IMG/VR virus record: IMGVR_UViG_3300045988_057044
Coordinates: 53,907 to 117,906 of that record
Reading direction: 5' to 3' (one strand)
Length of the DNA stretch: 64,000 nucleotides
DNA from: a virus
This document shows, piece after piece, positions 18,062 to 28,163 of the stretch. A model generated the notes under the pieces. It was not told the origin of the DNA and made no database searches. It was given only the letters and a program-made list of their open reading frames with translations. The position numbers and the translations under genes were made by a program. Within the stretch, counting starts at the first letter, position 1; the number at the start of each line of letters is the position of its first letter.

Positions 18062-20233
18062 TTAATTTACTTCTTTAGAATATGTTCTTTTCTCGGCTTC
18101 TATTCTTCTATCCTTACCAAAAGCAGTGATAGGTCTTAGATAGCCAATAATTCTGGTATATTGAGTAATATGTTCACTTCCACATTTAGGACATACCTTA
18201 ATGGGGGCTTTCACAATATGTTTGCAATCCTCGCACTTACTATTAGGAATATTGAACGTGAAGTAATTAGTTCCTTGCTGAATAGCAAAGTCTATAAGCT
18301 TCAAGTATTGCTCCTTAGATAGATGTTCCTCCAAGTTAATGTGGGCTGCACTACCTCCATCTGTATACTGATAAGTCTGCCTTCCATGAAGTATAAACTT
18401 ATCTAATACTGATGTATCATCATGGGCATTATAGAAGTAACTATTGTATAGATTCCTATCTTCAGGAACCCAATAGCCATCTGCTTTATCCCATTTATAA
18501 TTCTTACCTCCTAGACCTTCTGCAGGTACTACCTCAGAATTAAATAAGAAGGGACGCTTTTTATCATGGATAGAATGAATCTTGTTCTGCTCCTTAATAG
18601 TTCCGAGAATTAGTTGTAAGAACTTGAAATACTCTGGATTGTTAGATACCTTCATTCCTAAGAACTCAGCAGCTTCATTCAGACCATTTAGCCCAATAGT
18701 ACTATATAGGTCTTTGATGTTTATGTAACCTCCATTTGAAGAAGCAAACATCTTCTTATCCTCCCACTCATAGAGCATGGTCTTATAGGTAATGTGATAC
18801 TTGTATACTCTCTCTAGAATATCTATTAGATATTTTTTGAGTAGGGCAACATTATCTTTACAATGCAAGAGATTTTTGTCTCCATCTTCACTCCACCAAG
18901 TAGTTTCTTGTCTAGCCCAATCTTGGACAATTCTGTTAATATTCAGAGTAATAACATTACAAGAACCTGTCTTTACACCAGTCATACCAGAGGTAGGACT
19001 AAATGTATTTTCAGCTAATTCATTACGAAGACGACAACAAGATGCAAGACTATCTGCACTGTCTGAGATATAGGTAAAGAAACTATGACCTTGAGAATAC
19101 ATTTCTGCACATAAGTCTTTATAGTTCTTATCTATAATGTCTTTACCGTCATGCACCATAGCAAAGGTTTCTACTGGAAATGTTAGAACTTGTTTCAAGC
19201 GAAGTTTATTAAACCAAGACATGAACAATCTCTGTAAAGTATCAATTGCTACCCATTCCGGCTTAGTTCCGTCTGGATAGTAAAATTCTCCAAATAGAGA
19301 TTCAAAATAGGTCTTATCATAGTACGAAACATTAGTAAAGGGAGATTGATAACTTCTGTTTCCAGCAGGTTGATTAATTCCCCAAACAAACTGTTTAAAA
19401 GCTTTAAGGATGGAATCTTCGATAGTTCTCTTAATAAGAGAATGTTCCGAAGTACATATACAGTCGAGCTTCTCGTACCACTTTTCTCCGTATTCAGCAA
19501 TAATATAATAGTTAAGTGCAATAAAATAGCTACCTACAGCAACTGCTCCTTTACATTGAGAAGACAATAGAAATACTAAGTTAGTAACCTGTCCACTAAA
19601 TGACTGCAAATCGTTAGGAGGGCCAGGAGTAACTCCATCAATATTACCTACTCCCTCTAACATTAGAGGATATAGCGAGACTGCCATACAATACTGTTTA
19701 AGTACTGACGTAGAAGCCTCATCGTGAGTATAAATAATATGACTGTCTAGGTCTCTAGAATATTGAGAAGAGAGTTCGGGATAAAGAAGTTTTAATTTCT
19801 TCTTCATACGATAGCGCTGAATTTCTCTGTTCTCGCGCTTTCTATCCTCACTCTCTAATGTAGCAACGTTCTTAGATACAACATTAGCATTTCCATCTGT
19901 TTCAGATGAAGTAGCTGCATTTTCGGAACTATTAATATAGTTATCTTGATAACTAATCTTAGCTATGATTTCTCTAAGTCTAGATTGTTCGCTTCTATAC
20001 TGAGAATATGCTGAGGCTACATCATCGTAACCATAGTCCCTCAAGGTTTCTATTACTACGTCCTGAATCTCTTCTATAGTAATGCCGTCCCATAAATGCA
20101 TATCAGCCACCATAGCTGTAATGACTTCTTTATTTTCTTCAGGACAGCAAGCATTAAATGCTTTAGATATTGCTTCTACTATCTTATTACCGTCAAATTC
20201 CTGTAAACTTCCGTCTCTCTTTACTACTTGCAT
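18062..20233 (-). CDS. nrdD: anaerobic ribonucleoside-triphosphate reductase
   Basis: N-terminal ATP-cone (VVKRDGSLQEFDGNKIVEAISKAF), C-terminal Zn ribbon CEDCKH...CPKCG and glycyl-radical motif TRIIGYLRP. Confidence 0.9.
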   Translation of the reverse strand: MQVVKRDGSLQEFDGNKIVEAISKAFNACCPEENKEVITAMVADMHLWDGITIEEIQDVVIETLRDYGYDDVASAYSQYRSEQSRLREIIAKISYQDNYINSSENAATSSETDGNANVVSKNVATLESEDRKRENREIQRYRMKKKLKLLYPELSSQYSRDLDSHIIYTHDEASTSVLKQYCMAVSLYPLMLEGVGNIDGVTPGPPNDLQSFSGQVTNLVFLLSSQCKGAVAVGSYFIALNYYIIAEYGEKWYEKLDCICTSEHSLIKRTIEDSILKAFKQFVWGINQPAGNRSYQSPFTNVSYYDKTYFESLFGEFYYPDGTKPEWVAIDTLQRLFMSWFNKLRLKQVLTFPVETFAMVHDGKDIIDKNYKDLCAEMYSQGHSFFTYISDSADSLASCCRLRNELAENTFSPTSGMTGVKTGSCNVITLNINRIVQDWARQETTWWSEDGDKNLLHCKDNVALLKKYLIDILERVYKYHITYKTMLYEWEDKKMFASSNGGYINIKDLYSTIGLNGLNEAAEFLGMKVSNNPEYFKFLQLILGTIKEQNKIHSIHDKKRPFLFNSEVVPAEGLGGKNYKWDKADGYWVPEDRNLYNSYFYNAHDDTSVLDKFILHGRQTYQYTDGGSAAHINLEEHLSKEQYLKLIDFAIQQGTNYFTFNIPNSKCEDCKHIVKAPIKVCPKCGSEHITQYTRIIGYLRPITAFGKDRRIEAEKRTYSKEVN

Positions 20234-20234
20234 A

Positions 20235-21002
20235 TCAAATACCCATTACGTCCTTAATTAACAATGTCTTCTCGAATTTATTTACTAAGTCTCTCTTATC
20301 CTGGGTAATCAAGTCAGTAAATGCGTTATACACGGTAAATCCATCTACAACATTGTCTGTTGTATAATACTTAGATTTTTCATCATAAAACAAATCTTTA
20401 TAAACATCAATCGGAGCAGATTCAGCTAATTTTACAGAACCAAATCCCATGTTGATTTTAGAATTGATGCAGTTGTCAACCCAGTGACCTAGGTCAGCAT
20501 ATATATCATCTTTCTTATACTCCATCTCTGAAAGTTTCTTAAGCATTAAGTTGGTTTCATCTGTCATCGACATAGCATTTCTTAAGAAGCTATAGTTAAT
20601 AGCAGATTCTGGCTCTAGCTCAGAAACATTTAACATTTCTGGATTAAATACACACAAGTTTAGACAAGCCATATTTAAAGCTCCTACATAGAACTTAACT
20701 AATGGTTTACGAGTGTCAAGGGCATAAATCATACTAATTACTCTTTTATGATTATCCCAAGCATATTCGTCCGGCAAAACACCTTGAATCCAAACTCTAT
20801 TGTATATTACATCATCAAAATTAATCTCCCCATCTTTAGTAAGCGATATTTGGTCAGCAGGCTTAGCATTAATGATAAAATTATCAGTCATTTTAGATAC
20901 TCTGTCTATAAACGGAGTTACATAGGCTTCAGTAGTAAAATACTCTTTATCCTTAATTCTAGTTGCTTTCCCTTGCATCAATTGTTCAATCGTCAATTCC
21001 AT
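20235..21002 (-). CDS. hypothetical protein (255 aa)
   Basis: ORF track. Confidence 0.45.
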   Translation of the reverse strand: MELTIEQLMQGKATRIKDKEYFTTEAYVTPFIDRVSKMTDNFIINAKPADQISLTKDGEINFDDVIYNRVWIQGVLPDEYAWDNHKRVISMIYALDTRKPLVKFYVGALNMACLNLCVFNPEMLNVSELEPESAINYSFLRNAMSMTDETNLMLKKLSEMEYKKDDIYADLGHWVDNCINSKINMGFGSVKLAESAPIDVYKDLFYDEKSKYYTTDNVVDGFTVYNAFTDLITQDKRDLVNKFEKTLLIKDVMGI

Positions 21003-21004
21003 AT

Positions 21005-21595
21005 TTAAACATTATTATAGTAAATCTCCTTTAATAGGAGGTCTAATCTAAAGTGTTCATCCAATGCTTTAACTCTATGCCTTAGAGAATACATAGCTAA
21101 TTCTGCAAAACTCTCTAATTCTGGTTCTTTGTATGCTTTGGAAGGTGAAACTCGAAAATATTTGCGCCATAAAGGTTCAAATTTTTCCATTAGAGTATCT
21201 ATTTCTCTTCTCGGAATGTAGCAAAAATACCTTGCCGAATCGAGAAATACTCCATTGAAATTATCTACTCCTAAATGAGTACTAGTATCATAATACACGT
21301 TTCCTAAATACATCATAGCCTGTAATAAAGACCTATGTACGAAAACAGAGTTAATACCTATATCTCTTTTAGTTTCTTGAAGAATCCAGAACTTGACATT
21401 CCGGTTTTCATCATAGAACCTAACTATTCCATCTGTAGGTTTTCCCGCGATGGATTCTTTTCTTCCGATTATTAGAGGATTAACTAAGCTAAAATAGTTA
21501 TAGAAATGATTTTCTATTACATCTTCAAGCACACAACCTCTGTTTGTATAGAAATTAATTCTAATCTGAAGTCCTGTTATAGGAGTAAATTCCAT
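21005..21595 (-). CDS. hypothetical protein (196 aa)
   Basis: ORF track. Confidence 0.45.
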   Translation of the reverse strand: MEFTPITGLQIRINFYTNRGCVLEDVIENHFYNYFSLVNPLIIGRKESIAGKPTDGIVRFYDENRNVKFWILQETKRDIGINSVFVHRSLLQAMMYLGNVYYDTSTHLGVDNFNGVFLDSARYFCYIPRREIDTLMEKFEPLWRKYFRVSPSKAYKEPELESFAELAMYSLRHRVKALDEHFRLDLLLKEIYYNNV

Positions 21596-21670
21596 TTAAT
21601 TGTTAATTAGTTGTTACACTTCCATAATTAAATTACGTTTAATATCTATTAAATATTGCTTATCTCAAAA

Positions 21671-21710
21671 TAAAAAAGGAAGACCACCCTTAGGCAATCT
21701 TCCTTTTAAA
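21671..21710 (-). terminator. intrinsic terminator (bidirectional-looking) downstream of 21729..22286
   Basis: 7-bp stem AAGGAAG/CTTCCTT with 16-nt loop, flanked by A-run on one side and T-run on the other; minus sense hairpin followed by TTTTTTATTTT. Confidence 0.6.
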
Positions 21711-21728
21711 CGTATATCTTTCAAGAAA

Positions 21729-22286
21729 TTAGGCTTCGATACCGAAAGCTAACCAAGTACCATTCTTGGTATTCTTAGAAGGAGTATATTGTGCAGTTGC
21801 TACTACTGCCTGTCCTTCAACAACATCCTTAGTTTTCACCAACTCAGCATTTCCTTTATACTTACCGCTCTTATACAATTCTTTGATTGCGTTCTTAGCG
21901 TCAGCTTTGTTAGTATCAACTTGGCAAACAACAGCCTTAGTTTCTTTGTCAATCCACTTGTAGAAAGTCTTAAACTTACGCTTTCCATCACCTTTAACAT
22001 CGTCAATCTTGTACGGACGCTCACGCGTGTCTGCAACAGACGATTCGATAGTAATCAGATAACCAGCACCGGGGCAGTTCTTGCCTTTCTTAGCGAGATA
22101 TTCAAGCATAAACTCTTTTACATCACGCTCAGTAATACCCTTAGTCTGTTTAGCTTTCCAATTTTTGTAAGCCTGAGTTGCATCACCATTTACATGGAAT
22201 AATGTACTTTCAACTTGTGCGATTGCTGCTTCTTTGCTTTCTGCTACTACTTCTACTTTCTTAAAATTCAAAATCGTTGTACTCAT
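21729..22286 (-). CDS. lysine-rich hypothetical protein (185 aa), probably highly expressed
   Basis: ORF track; followed by strong terminator, preceded by 180-nt AT-rich leader. Confidence 0.5.
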   Translation of the reverse strand: MSTTILNFKKVEVVAESKEAAIAQVESTLFHVNGDATQAYKNWKAKQTKGITERDVKEFMLEYLAKKGKNCPGAGYLITIESSVADTRERPYKIDDVKGDGKRKFKTFYKWIDKETKAVVCQVDTNKADAKNAIKELYKSGKYKGNAELVKTKDVVEGQAVVATAQYTPSKNTKNGTWLAFGIEA

Positions 22287-22467
22287 AATAAATAAAATTT
22301 TTAAACATAAATCATTAACATATAATCTGAAATTATTTTTCCGTATCTAATCAGTATTGTTTCCCTTACTGATGTAATCAATTATACTACATCATACATA
22401 GAAACCCTAATCTTCAAATGTTAATTTTATGTTAAAGGACGTTAAAATCCTCTTAACTAAAAATCTC

Positions 22468-22821
22468 TTAAAATGGTACATAATTGTCGAGCAAAATCTG
22501 GAGCTGTTTGGGCATATCTTTCGGCTTAATACCAAAGTCAAGAAAAGTGGTACACCCGTACATTAAATCCTCACAGATAGCCCCTAAAGACTTCAGAAAG
22601 GTATTTTTCTCTCCTTCCCTAAAATCTTTTCCGACTTTCAATAAAACATCATAACACGTTACCTTTTGACCTTTTTTCTTTAACTCATTAGTTATATAAC
22701 AAGTAAGAGCAATACAGGCTAGTTTATCACCCATATTGCTCCCTAGGTAGTTTAAGGTAAAGTATTTTGAGTAAATTGATGACAATTGTTCAAAGCTGAT
22801 ATTTTGAAGGTCGTTCATCAA
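22468..22821 (-). CDS. hypothetical protein (117 aa)
   Basis: ORF track. Confidence 0.4.
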   Translation of the reverse strand: MMNDLQNISFEQLSSIYSKYFTLNYLGSNMGDKLACIALTCYITNELKKKGQKVTCYDVLLKVGKDFREGEKNTFLKSLGAICEDLMYGCTTFLDFGIKPKDMPKQLQILLDNYVPF

Positions 22822-23839
22822 GAGAATAGTCTCTATAACCTATCTGATAGGCTACATACTTCAAAAGAGTCTTGAACTCATGAAATCCTTGTCGCAATTC
22901 CAAATAAGTAACTGGCCTAACCTTACTATAAAAGTTCGGAATGGTAGAAACTACTAAGTAATTAGCTTGCAATTTTGGATTCTCCAAGTTATAGAACTTT
23001 TCAGCACACAACTTCAGAAGGTATAAATACATCGCAAACTCCCTACTATAGTGATACTTATTGATATTGGTATCAATTTCACTAACGATTTTTCCAATCG
23101 TCTTAATATCATTCACTACAATAGTGTTAGTTTCTGTATCTATTGTATAATTATCTAGTTTGGACTTCAGGTGTAAGATAAACTTTTTTCCATTAGGGCA
23201 GGTCGCCTCCACGTCCAATAAAATAGCTTGCTCATTTTCAGAAATAGGTGTTTTAGTTATCCCTTCAGGATGTAAAAGTTTCTGCACTTGCTTATTGCTA
23301 TTTAATGCTGATACACAAGACTTTACGATTTCTAGTGATTTGTTGTCAAGATATATAATTTCCTTATCTTGTGTTAAATCAAATTCTTTTAGCTGTCTAT
23401 TCTTCCAATAGTTAGTAGAAGCTTCAATCACAGATTTAGCTAGTTCCTTGGTAAGCTTTCCCTTGTAATATTCGACCTTGTCTGATGCTTTCTTTACATC
23501 GTCAAATGTTACTTCTCCTTTCAGAAAAACGGGATAGAGTTCATTAGCCATTGCTCCTAACTTTGCAGTAGGTTTACCAATGTCTTCTGACAGTTCAAAA
23601 CTATCTGGCTGTAGCACTAACTCGTGTACAGCGCTTCCAAGTTCCAGAGCGGAAGAGAAAGTATTTTTAAACCCAGTAAAGAATTTATCTGGATTACCAT
23701 CCTGCCGAGGATTAATTAATCCTAAACGGGAATTACTAACGTATCCACTGTACTGTTCAGAAAAATATACCTTATCACTTATCTTCTCCAATCTTAGTGT
23801 GTCTAGCAGCGGCCTAAGCTTGATATCTTTTAATTCCAT
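22790..23839 (-). CDS. hypothetical protein (349 aa)
   Basis: ORF track. Confidence 0.45.
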   Translation of the reverse strand: MELKDIKLRPLLDTLRLEKISDKVYFSEQYSGYVSNSRLGLINPRQDGNPDKFFTGFKNTFSSALELGSAVHELVLQPDSFELSEDIGKPTAKLGAMANELYPVFLKGEVTFDDVKKASDKVEYYKGKLTKELAKSVIEASTNYWKNRQLKEFDLTQDKEIIYLDNKSLEIVKSCVSALNSNKQVQKLLHPEGITKTPISENEQAILLDVEATCPNGKKFILHLKSKLDNYTIDTETNTIVVNDIKTIGKIVSEIDTNINKYHYSREFAMYLYLLKLCAEKFYNLENPKLQANYLVVSTIPNFYSKVRPVTYLELRQGFHEFKTLLKYVAYQIGYRDYSLDERPSKYQL

Positions 23840-24348
23840 CCTAAAGTTGCTAATTCTAATTCATATGCAAATCTAATTTCGTCAATATCTAAACTATAAA
23901 TGCGGAATAAAGGATCTCCATTCTGGTTATGTGGCCTATCTATTAGCAATGCTGGAAGTCCAGAGTTTATTGCCATAGTCACATTACTAATACTGTCGTC
24001 GATTAATACATCGCATTTGCCTTTTATCAAGTCAGCCTTGTTTCCGTGCTGATAATACATTTGATAAATAGGTCTTATGGGTAAATTGTATTTAGCTAGA
24101 CAATTTCGAGTATAAGTTTTACTGTTAATTCTTTTAGTCGCATAAATATGCGGCTCGAAATTTGGCTTTTCTAGCAAGGGTAAATTTTCCCAAAACTCCT
24201 TGTTGTAGCGAAGACTTACTACGTTTCGTGTAATTACGTGCTCGACTAAATCTGATTCTCTAGGGAATAGTGTTTTATATGCTCCCCAGAAATCGAAGAT
24301 TGTGTCATCCAAGTCTAACGCTATCCTTAATGGATTACATAAATTCAT
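23830..24348 (-). CDS. HAD-superfamily phosphatase (5'(3')-deoxyribonucleotidase-like)
   Basis: N-terminal IALDLDDTIFDF (DxDxT motif I), later DVLIDDS. Confidence 0.55.
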   Translation of the reverse strand: MNLCNPLRIALDLDDTIFDFWGAYKTLFPRESDLVEHVITRNVVSLRYNKEFWENLPLLEKPNFEPHIYATKRINSKTYTRNCLAKYNLPIRPIYQMYYQHGNKADLIKGKCDVLIDDSISNVTMAINSGLPALLIDRPHNQNGDPLFRIYSLDIDEIRFAYELELATLGWN

Positions 24349-24556
24349 TTATCTCAGATACGTCTCCTAAATATATTCCATGTTTTTCAGCAAGTTCTAT
24401 ACAGAAATCATCATAATCCAGAAGATCATCTAAATCGTCGTATTTATTTATATACATACTCTTTATCTTCTCTTCGCAATCCTCATAGCTTCTTGCTACT
24501 ACTTTGCTAATAGTACAGACTTCGTCTGTATGCCATGGAAATAAATATATGTTCAT
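24335..24556 (-). CDS. hypothetical protein (73 aa)
   Basis: ORF track. Confidence 0.35.
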   Translation of the reverse strand: MNIYLFPWHTDEVCTISKVVARSYEDCEEKIKSMYINKYDDLDDLLDYDDFCIELAEKHGIYLGDVSEINEFM

Positions 24557-24801
24557 AACTCGATTACTTCAATAACGTTCAATCGCTTCTTTATTAATAG
24601 CCCTAGGTCTTCTCTATCCACGTAGACAAAGTGACTCTTTTTCAAATCAGACAATGTGGAGTCAAATTCTAGAGAAAATGCTTCCTCAGTTCTCCAATTC
24701 TTCTTAGCTGTCCTCAAATAGAGAGCATACTCGTCATCAAAGTCATTAACTACACAGTTCTTAATCGTAGGAATTGGACCTTTAACTATTAACTTTTTCA
24801 T
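24553..24801 (-). CDS. hypothetical protein (82 aa)
   Basis: ORF track. Confidence 0.35.
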   Translation of the reverse strand: MKKLIVKGPIPTIKNCVVNDFDDEYALYLRTAKKNWRTEEAFSLEFDSTLSDLKKSHFVYVDREDLGLLIKKRLNVIEVIEL

Positions 24802-24846
24802 TTCTTAAGCAATTCATAAAAATATTCTATAGGTATTACAGCTACT

Positions 24847-25185
24847 TTAATTTTCAGAATATTTAATGTAACCACCAATTTTCTTATTAACCACTACAGC
24901 TGCGCACATCTTGTCGTCTGGAATATTATAATATTCAGCGGCTTCTGATATAGAGTCAAAAGACATTACGACGTTTCCAAGGTTATCACAAACACTTACC
25001 CTGGAATTAGATACTTTATTCCTGTTGTTTCCAATAGAATCAGTCCATCTAATATTAGACACACAATTGTTCTTTCTATCTTTATCAATATGATCCGCTA
25101 TTTCCAGATTATCAGGATTTGGAATAAATGTAATCGCAACGAGTCTGTTTATTCTTCTATAGTATTTCTTACCGTTATAGCACAA
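24847..25185 (-). CDS. HNH homing endonuclease (HNH_3-like)
   Basis: ADHIDKDRKNNCVSNIRWTD resembles the HNH_3 DHIDxxxxNNxxxNLR motif. Confidence 0.6.
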   Translation of the reverse strand: MCYNGKKYYRRINRLVAITFIPNPDNLEIADHIDKDRKNNCVSNIRWTDSIGNNRNKVSNSRVSVCDNLGNVVMSFDSISEAAEYYNIPDDKMCAAVVVNKKIGGYIKYSEN

Positions 25186-25267
25186 ACCGACTCCTAAGTA
25201 TCCATCCTCACGAGGTTTTAATATGTTTCCTCTTCTTCTATTTCGTACCTAGCCATTGCTAGACACT

Positions 25268-25762
25268 TCATACGTTGGAAACTCTGGATATATTCTCCAT
25301 TCCTCCATTTTTGCACATTTCTAATAGTTCGTAAAAGAAGCTGATTGGGATTACAGCAACTTGCCCTCTAGCTGACTCTCCATTCTTTCCTGCCTTTTTC
25401 CAGCATATACAGAACGGCTTTGACTTATCACTGCAAGCATCTCTAATATCAAAATAGTTAGGCATATTCTGAGTAAATTTAGCTTGGATATTAACCGGAA
25501 GTTCATTGTTCATGTCAACAATATCTATTTTGTCAGCATCAGCCAATTTGTTTTGACTTCTGCTAGACACACATCCTTCGTATCCTATATCTCTAAGTTT
25601 GTGAATTATTTCTAATTCATACTGAGAGCCTTTTTGTTTACTCTTCTTTGCCTGCTTACTTCTTCTAACTGCGGGGTCTGCCCATTCAAAGGTAATTCCG
25701 TCTTTTGATTTTGCTCCAGAGCCAGGCTTATTAGCTCTAGCTTTGATTGAGTTTATCTCCAA
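25268..25762 (-). CDS. hypothetical protein (164 aa)
   Basis: ORF track. Confidence 0.4.
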   Translation of the reverse strand: MEINSIKARANKPGSGAKSKDGITFEWADPAVRRSKQAKKSKQKGSQYELEIIHKLRDIGYEGCVSSRSQNKLADADKIDIVDMNNELPVNIQAKFTQNMPNYFDIRDACSDKSKPFCICWKKAGKNGESARGQVAVIPISFFYELLEMCKNGGMENISRVSNV

Positions 25763-25841
25763 ACCAGTTCCTTCGGAGGCTAATTCAACAGATTCAAAAG
25801 TTTTCCTACTACCGTCCTTAAAGATGGCTGTAACACTTGTA

Positions 25842-26855
25842 TTAGTCTACTTTTTCATTCTTCTTAAGTTTCTTTATGTAATTAGTAATAAATTCTTGTG
25901 TACCTTTTCTTCCATACATATGGTAATAATCACTTATATCCTTAGCTCCTGTGCTTCTGGGAATCATTGATACAATTAGTTCTGGATGCTCTTTCCTAAT
26001 CTTATTAGTAAAACGTACTCCAGTCAAATCATTATCATATAGCAACACAACGTATTTGAATCTCTGCTTTAATTCTTCTAAAATCTTATCAGAAACAAAC
26101 TGAGTTTCAGAGTTGGGAGCTATAGCTGGTATTCCTAAAGAATATAAACACATTACATCTTTCATAGATTTAGTTATAACAACTAGTTTTCCACTCTTAG
26201 CTAATTGCTTATAGCCTTGAATAGTCTTGGTTGAAACATTTCCTATGAATCTAAACTCCTTTCGTTTTGGCATATAAATTCGCCATTGCTCGATGTTCTC
26301 TTTCTTTCCAAAATAATAGCCATATATAGGACTATGCTGGGCAGATTGTGCGTATATGTTCCCATTCAAAAATACAGTACTACAACTGTATACTTTGAAC
26401 TTATATAGGATGTCTTTAGTTATACCAAAGCTTCCCCACCACTTCAACTCAGGTTCTGAAAAATCCTTAGCCTCTATCTGAATAAAAGTTTGTTTCTCTT
26501 CTTCAAACTTAGGCTGGATTTTCACTGCAACTTTCTTTACGGAAGAATCTTTCGTATATCCAAAGTCTTTAGCTATAATCCTTAAAGCAGTGTGGTAGTT
26601 ACAATTATACTTTTCCATAACTACTCCTTCGAATGTGAGACATTTTCCAGAAGCAAAGTCTTTAAAATACAAGTTTCCAGATTTTCCTCTAAAGAAACTG
26701 CAAGTGACATGACTGTCACTACGCAAAGGAGACTTGAACAATCCTTTCTTAACTGGGATGCCCAGATAATAAGTCATGTAAGTCTCCTCATTGTTTTTAG
26801 ATAGAAGAAATTCCTTAGTAATTTTTGGTTCAAAAGTATAATCAAACATGGTCAC
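25842..26855 (-). CDS. DNA primase (Toprim domain)
   Basis: Toprim signature VVITKSMKDVMCLYSLGIPAIAPNSE...VVLLYDNDLTG (conserved E and DxD). Confidence 0.6.
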   Translation of the reverse strand: MTMFDYTFEPKITKEFLLSKNNEETYMTYYLGIPVKKGLFKSPLRSDSHVTCSFFRGKSGNLYFKDFASGKCLTFEGVVMEKYNCNYHTALRIIAKDFGYTKDSSVKKVAVKIQPKFEEEKQTFIQIEAKDFSEPELKWWGSFGITKDILYKFKVYSCSTVFLNGNIYAQSAQHSPIYGYYFGKKENIEQWRIYMPKRKEFRFIGNVSTKTIQGYKQLAKSGKLVVITKSMKDVMCLYSLGIPAIAPNSETQFVSDKILEELKQRFKYVVLLYDNDLTGVRFTNKIRKEHPELIVSMIPRSTGAKDISDYYHMYGRKGTQEFITNYIKKLKKNEKVD

Positions 26856-26889
26856 TAAGGAATTTATGAATTACTCTACTAACAAATCA

Positions 26890-27585
26890 TTAGAGTAAGT
26901 CAGTGATGTCCAAATCATCTGCTGGAGCTTGGTCTACTCCTGCTACATCTGCAATTGGATCTTCTGACTTCATTTCAGTAGGCTTAGCCTTCAGATATTT
27001 CTGACGTTCTCCTTCCTCATAGTCAGAGAAGAACAGCTTATCGCCAATATAGTTATCAGAAATGAACGACTCACCCTGTTTGTTAATACCAACAATACGC
27101 GGTATATCAGCAACTACCTTACCGTCACGGTTTCTACCAATCAACTTCAACTTAGTCTCTGTTCCCTTCACCTTCTCAGTGATTGTAATCAAAGCCTTAG
27201 CTACATCGTCGAAGCTCTTAAACTTAGAGCTAGCTGCTTGCATCTTTTCGAATCCTGCAGGGTTAAGAACCTGCGCAGTCTGTTTAACTACAGCCATCAA
27301 AGTTTCGAAGTTGGAGGGCATCACTACCTTTCCACCATTCTTACTATCAAATTCTCGTCTCTCATCATCACCAGCTTTCGGGAAGAATTGAGTTACTGAG
27401 AAGTAACCATCTTCGTTCTCAAAATTGATAGACAAAACTTTATAGTGGGCTGTTGGGTCCTTCTTCCCATCAAATTCCTTGATTTCGCAACCCATGAATT
27501 TTACATCATGGATATTCCAAGGGGTTAAAGGACGACGTGTGTTTCTTACTGCTGAGTCTGCTGATATACCAAAATTAAATGCCAT
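26890..27585 (-). CDS. putative single-stranded DNA-binding protein
   Basis: Position in replication module and acidic C-terminal tail DDLDITDLL; weak. Confidence 0.35.
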   Translation of the reverse strand: MAFNFGISADSAVRNTRRPLTPWNIHDVKFMGCEIKEFDGKKDPTAHYKVLSINFENEDGYFSVTQFFPKAGDDERREFDSKNGGKVVMPSNFETLMAVVKQTAQVLNPAGFEKMQAASSKFKSFDDVAKALITITEKVKGTETKLKLIGRNRDGKVVADIPRIVGINKQGESFISDNYIGDKLFFSDYEEGERQKYLKAKPTEMKSEDPIADVAGVDQAPADDLDITDLL

Positions 27586-27587
27586 AA

Positions 27588-28163
27588 TTAATTCAAATTA
27601 AAATCAAATTTTTCTAAGTTTTTGTCATCTTCGTCTATGTTTAAATTATCTAATGCTTCTATATCGAGTTCTTTTTCGATATCAATTATCTCTTCCGGCA
27701 CAGGATTTGACTCCTGTACCTTGTCTCCTATCAGATAATAAATTCCTTTATCCTCTGTAGGTTCCAACTTAAAGACAGTACCGTAAGCAGAAAGCTTTTC
27801 GTTAGCAGCTCCTCTATAACTTACAGTATTACTTTTAGTCAGCTTGTTTCCAGCCTTAGTACCGAAAGCAGCATCGGTTCCAATAATAGGAACTGCCTTC
27901 TTATCCTTTTTCTTATACTTGATGTCTACACGACAATCTGCACAGACTTGTAACAAGTCTACTGCCCCTTGGGTTAAAATCAACTTGTTAGAATCAAGCG
28001 TAATAATAGGTTCAGGATTTTCATCTACCTTAGCAGATGAAGATTTACTACTTGCAGCTTTCTTAGTAGCTACGGTGTCAACATGGATTTCTTCTTTACC
28101 AATATAGGTGATTTCACCCGTTTGCTCATTCACATCATAGTGAAACAGTATGTCTAATTTCAT
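27588..28163 (-). CDS. hypothetical protein (191 aa)
   Basis: ORF track. Confidence 0.4.
   Translation of the reverse strand: MKLDILFHYDVNEQTGEITYIGKEEIHVDTVATKKAASSKSSSAKVDENPEPIITLDSNKLILTQGAVDLLQVCADCRVDIKYKKKDKKAVPIIGTDAAFGTKAGNKLTKSNTVSYRGAANEKLSAYGTVFKLEPTEDKGIYYLIGDKVQESNPVPEEIIDIEKELDIEALDNLNIDEDDKNLEKFDFNLN

Noticed and set aside
24553-25185. HNH gene 24847..25185 and downstream ORF 24553..24801 are in the same frame, separated by one stop plus 15 codons; considered stop-codon read-through
   Set aside because: The intervening stop is TAA, not TAG, and the downstream ORF has its own ATG. The 15-codon spacer is not protein-like. Judged coincidental.
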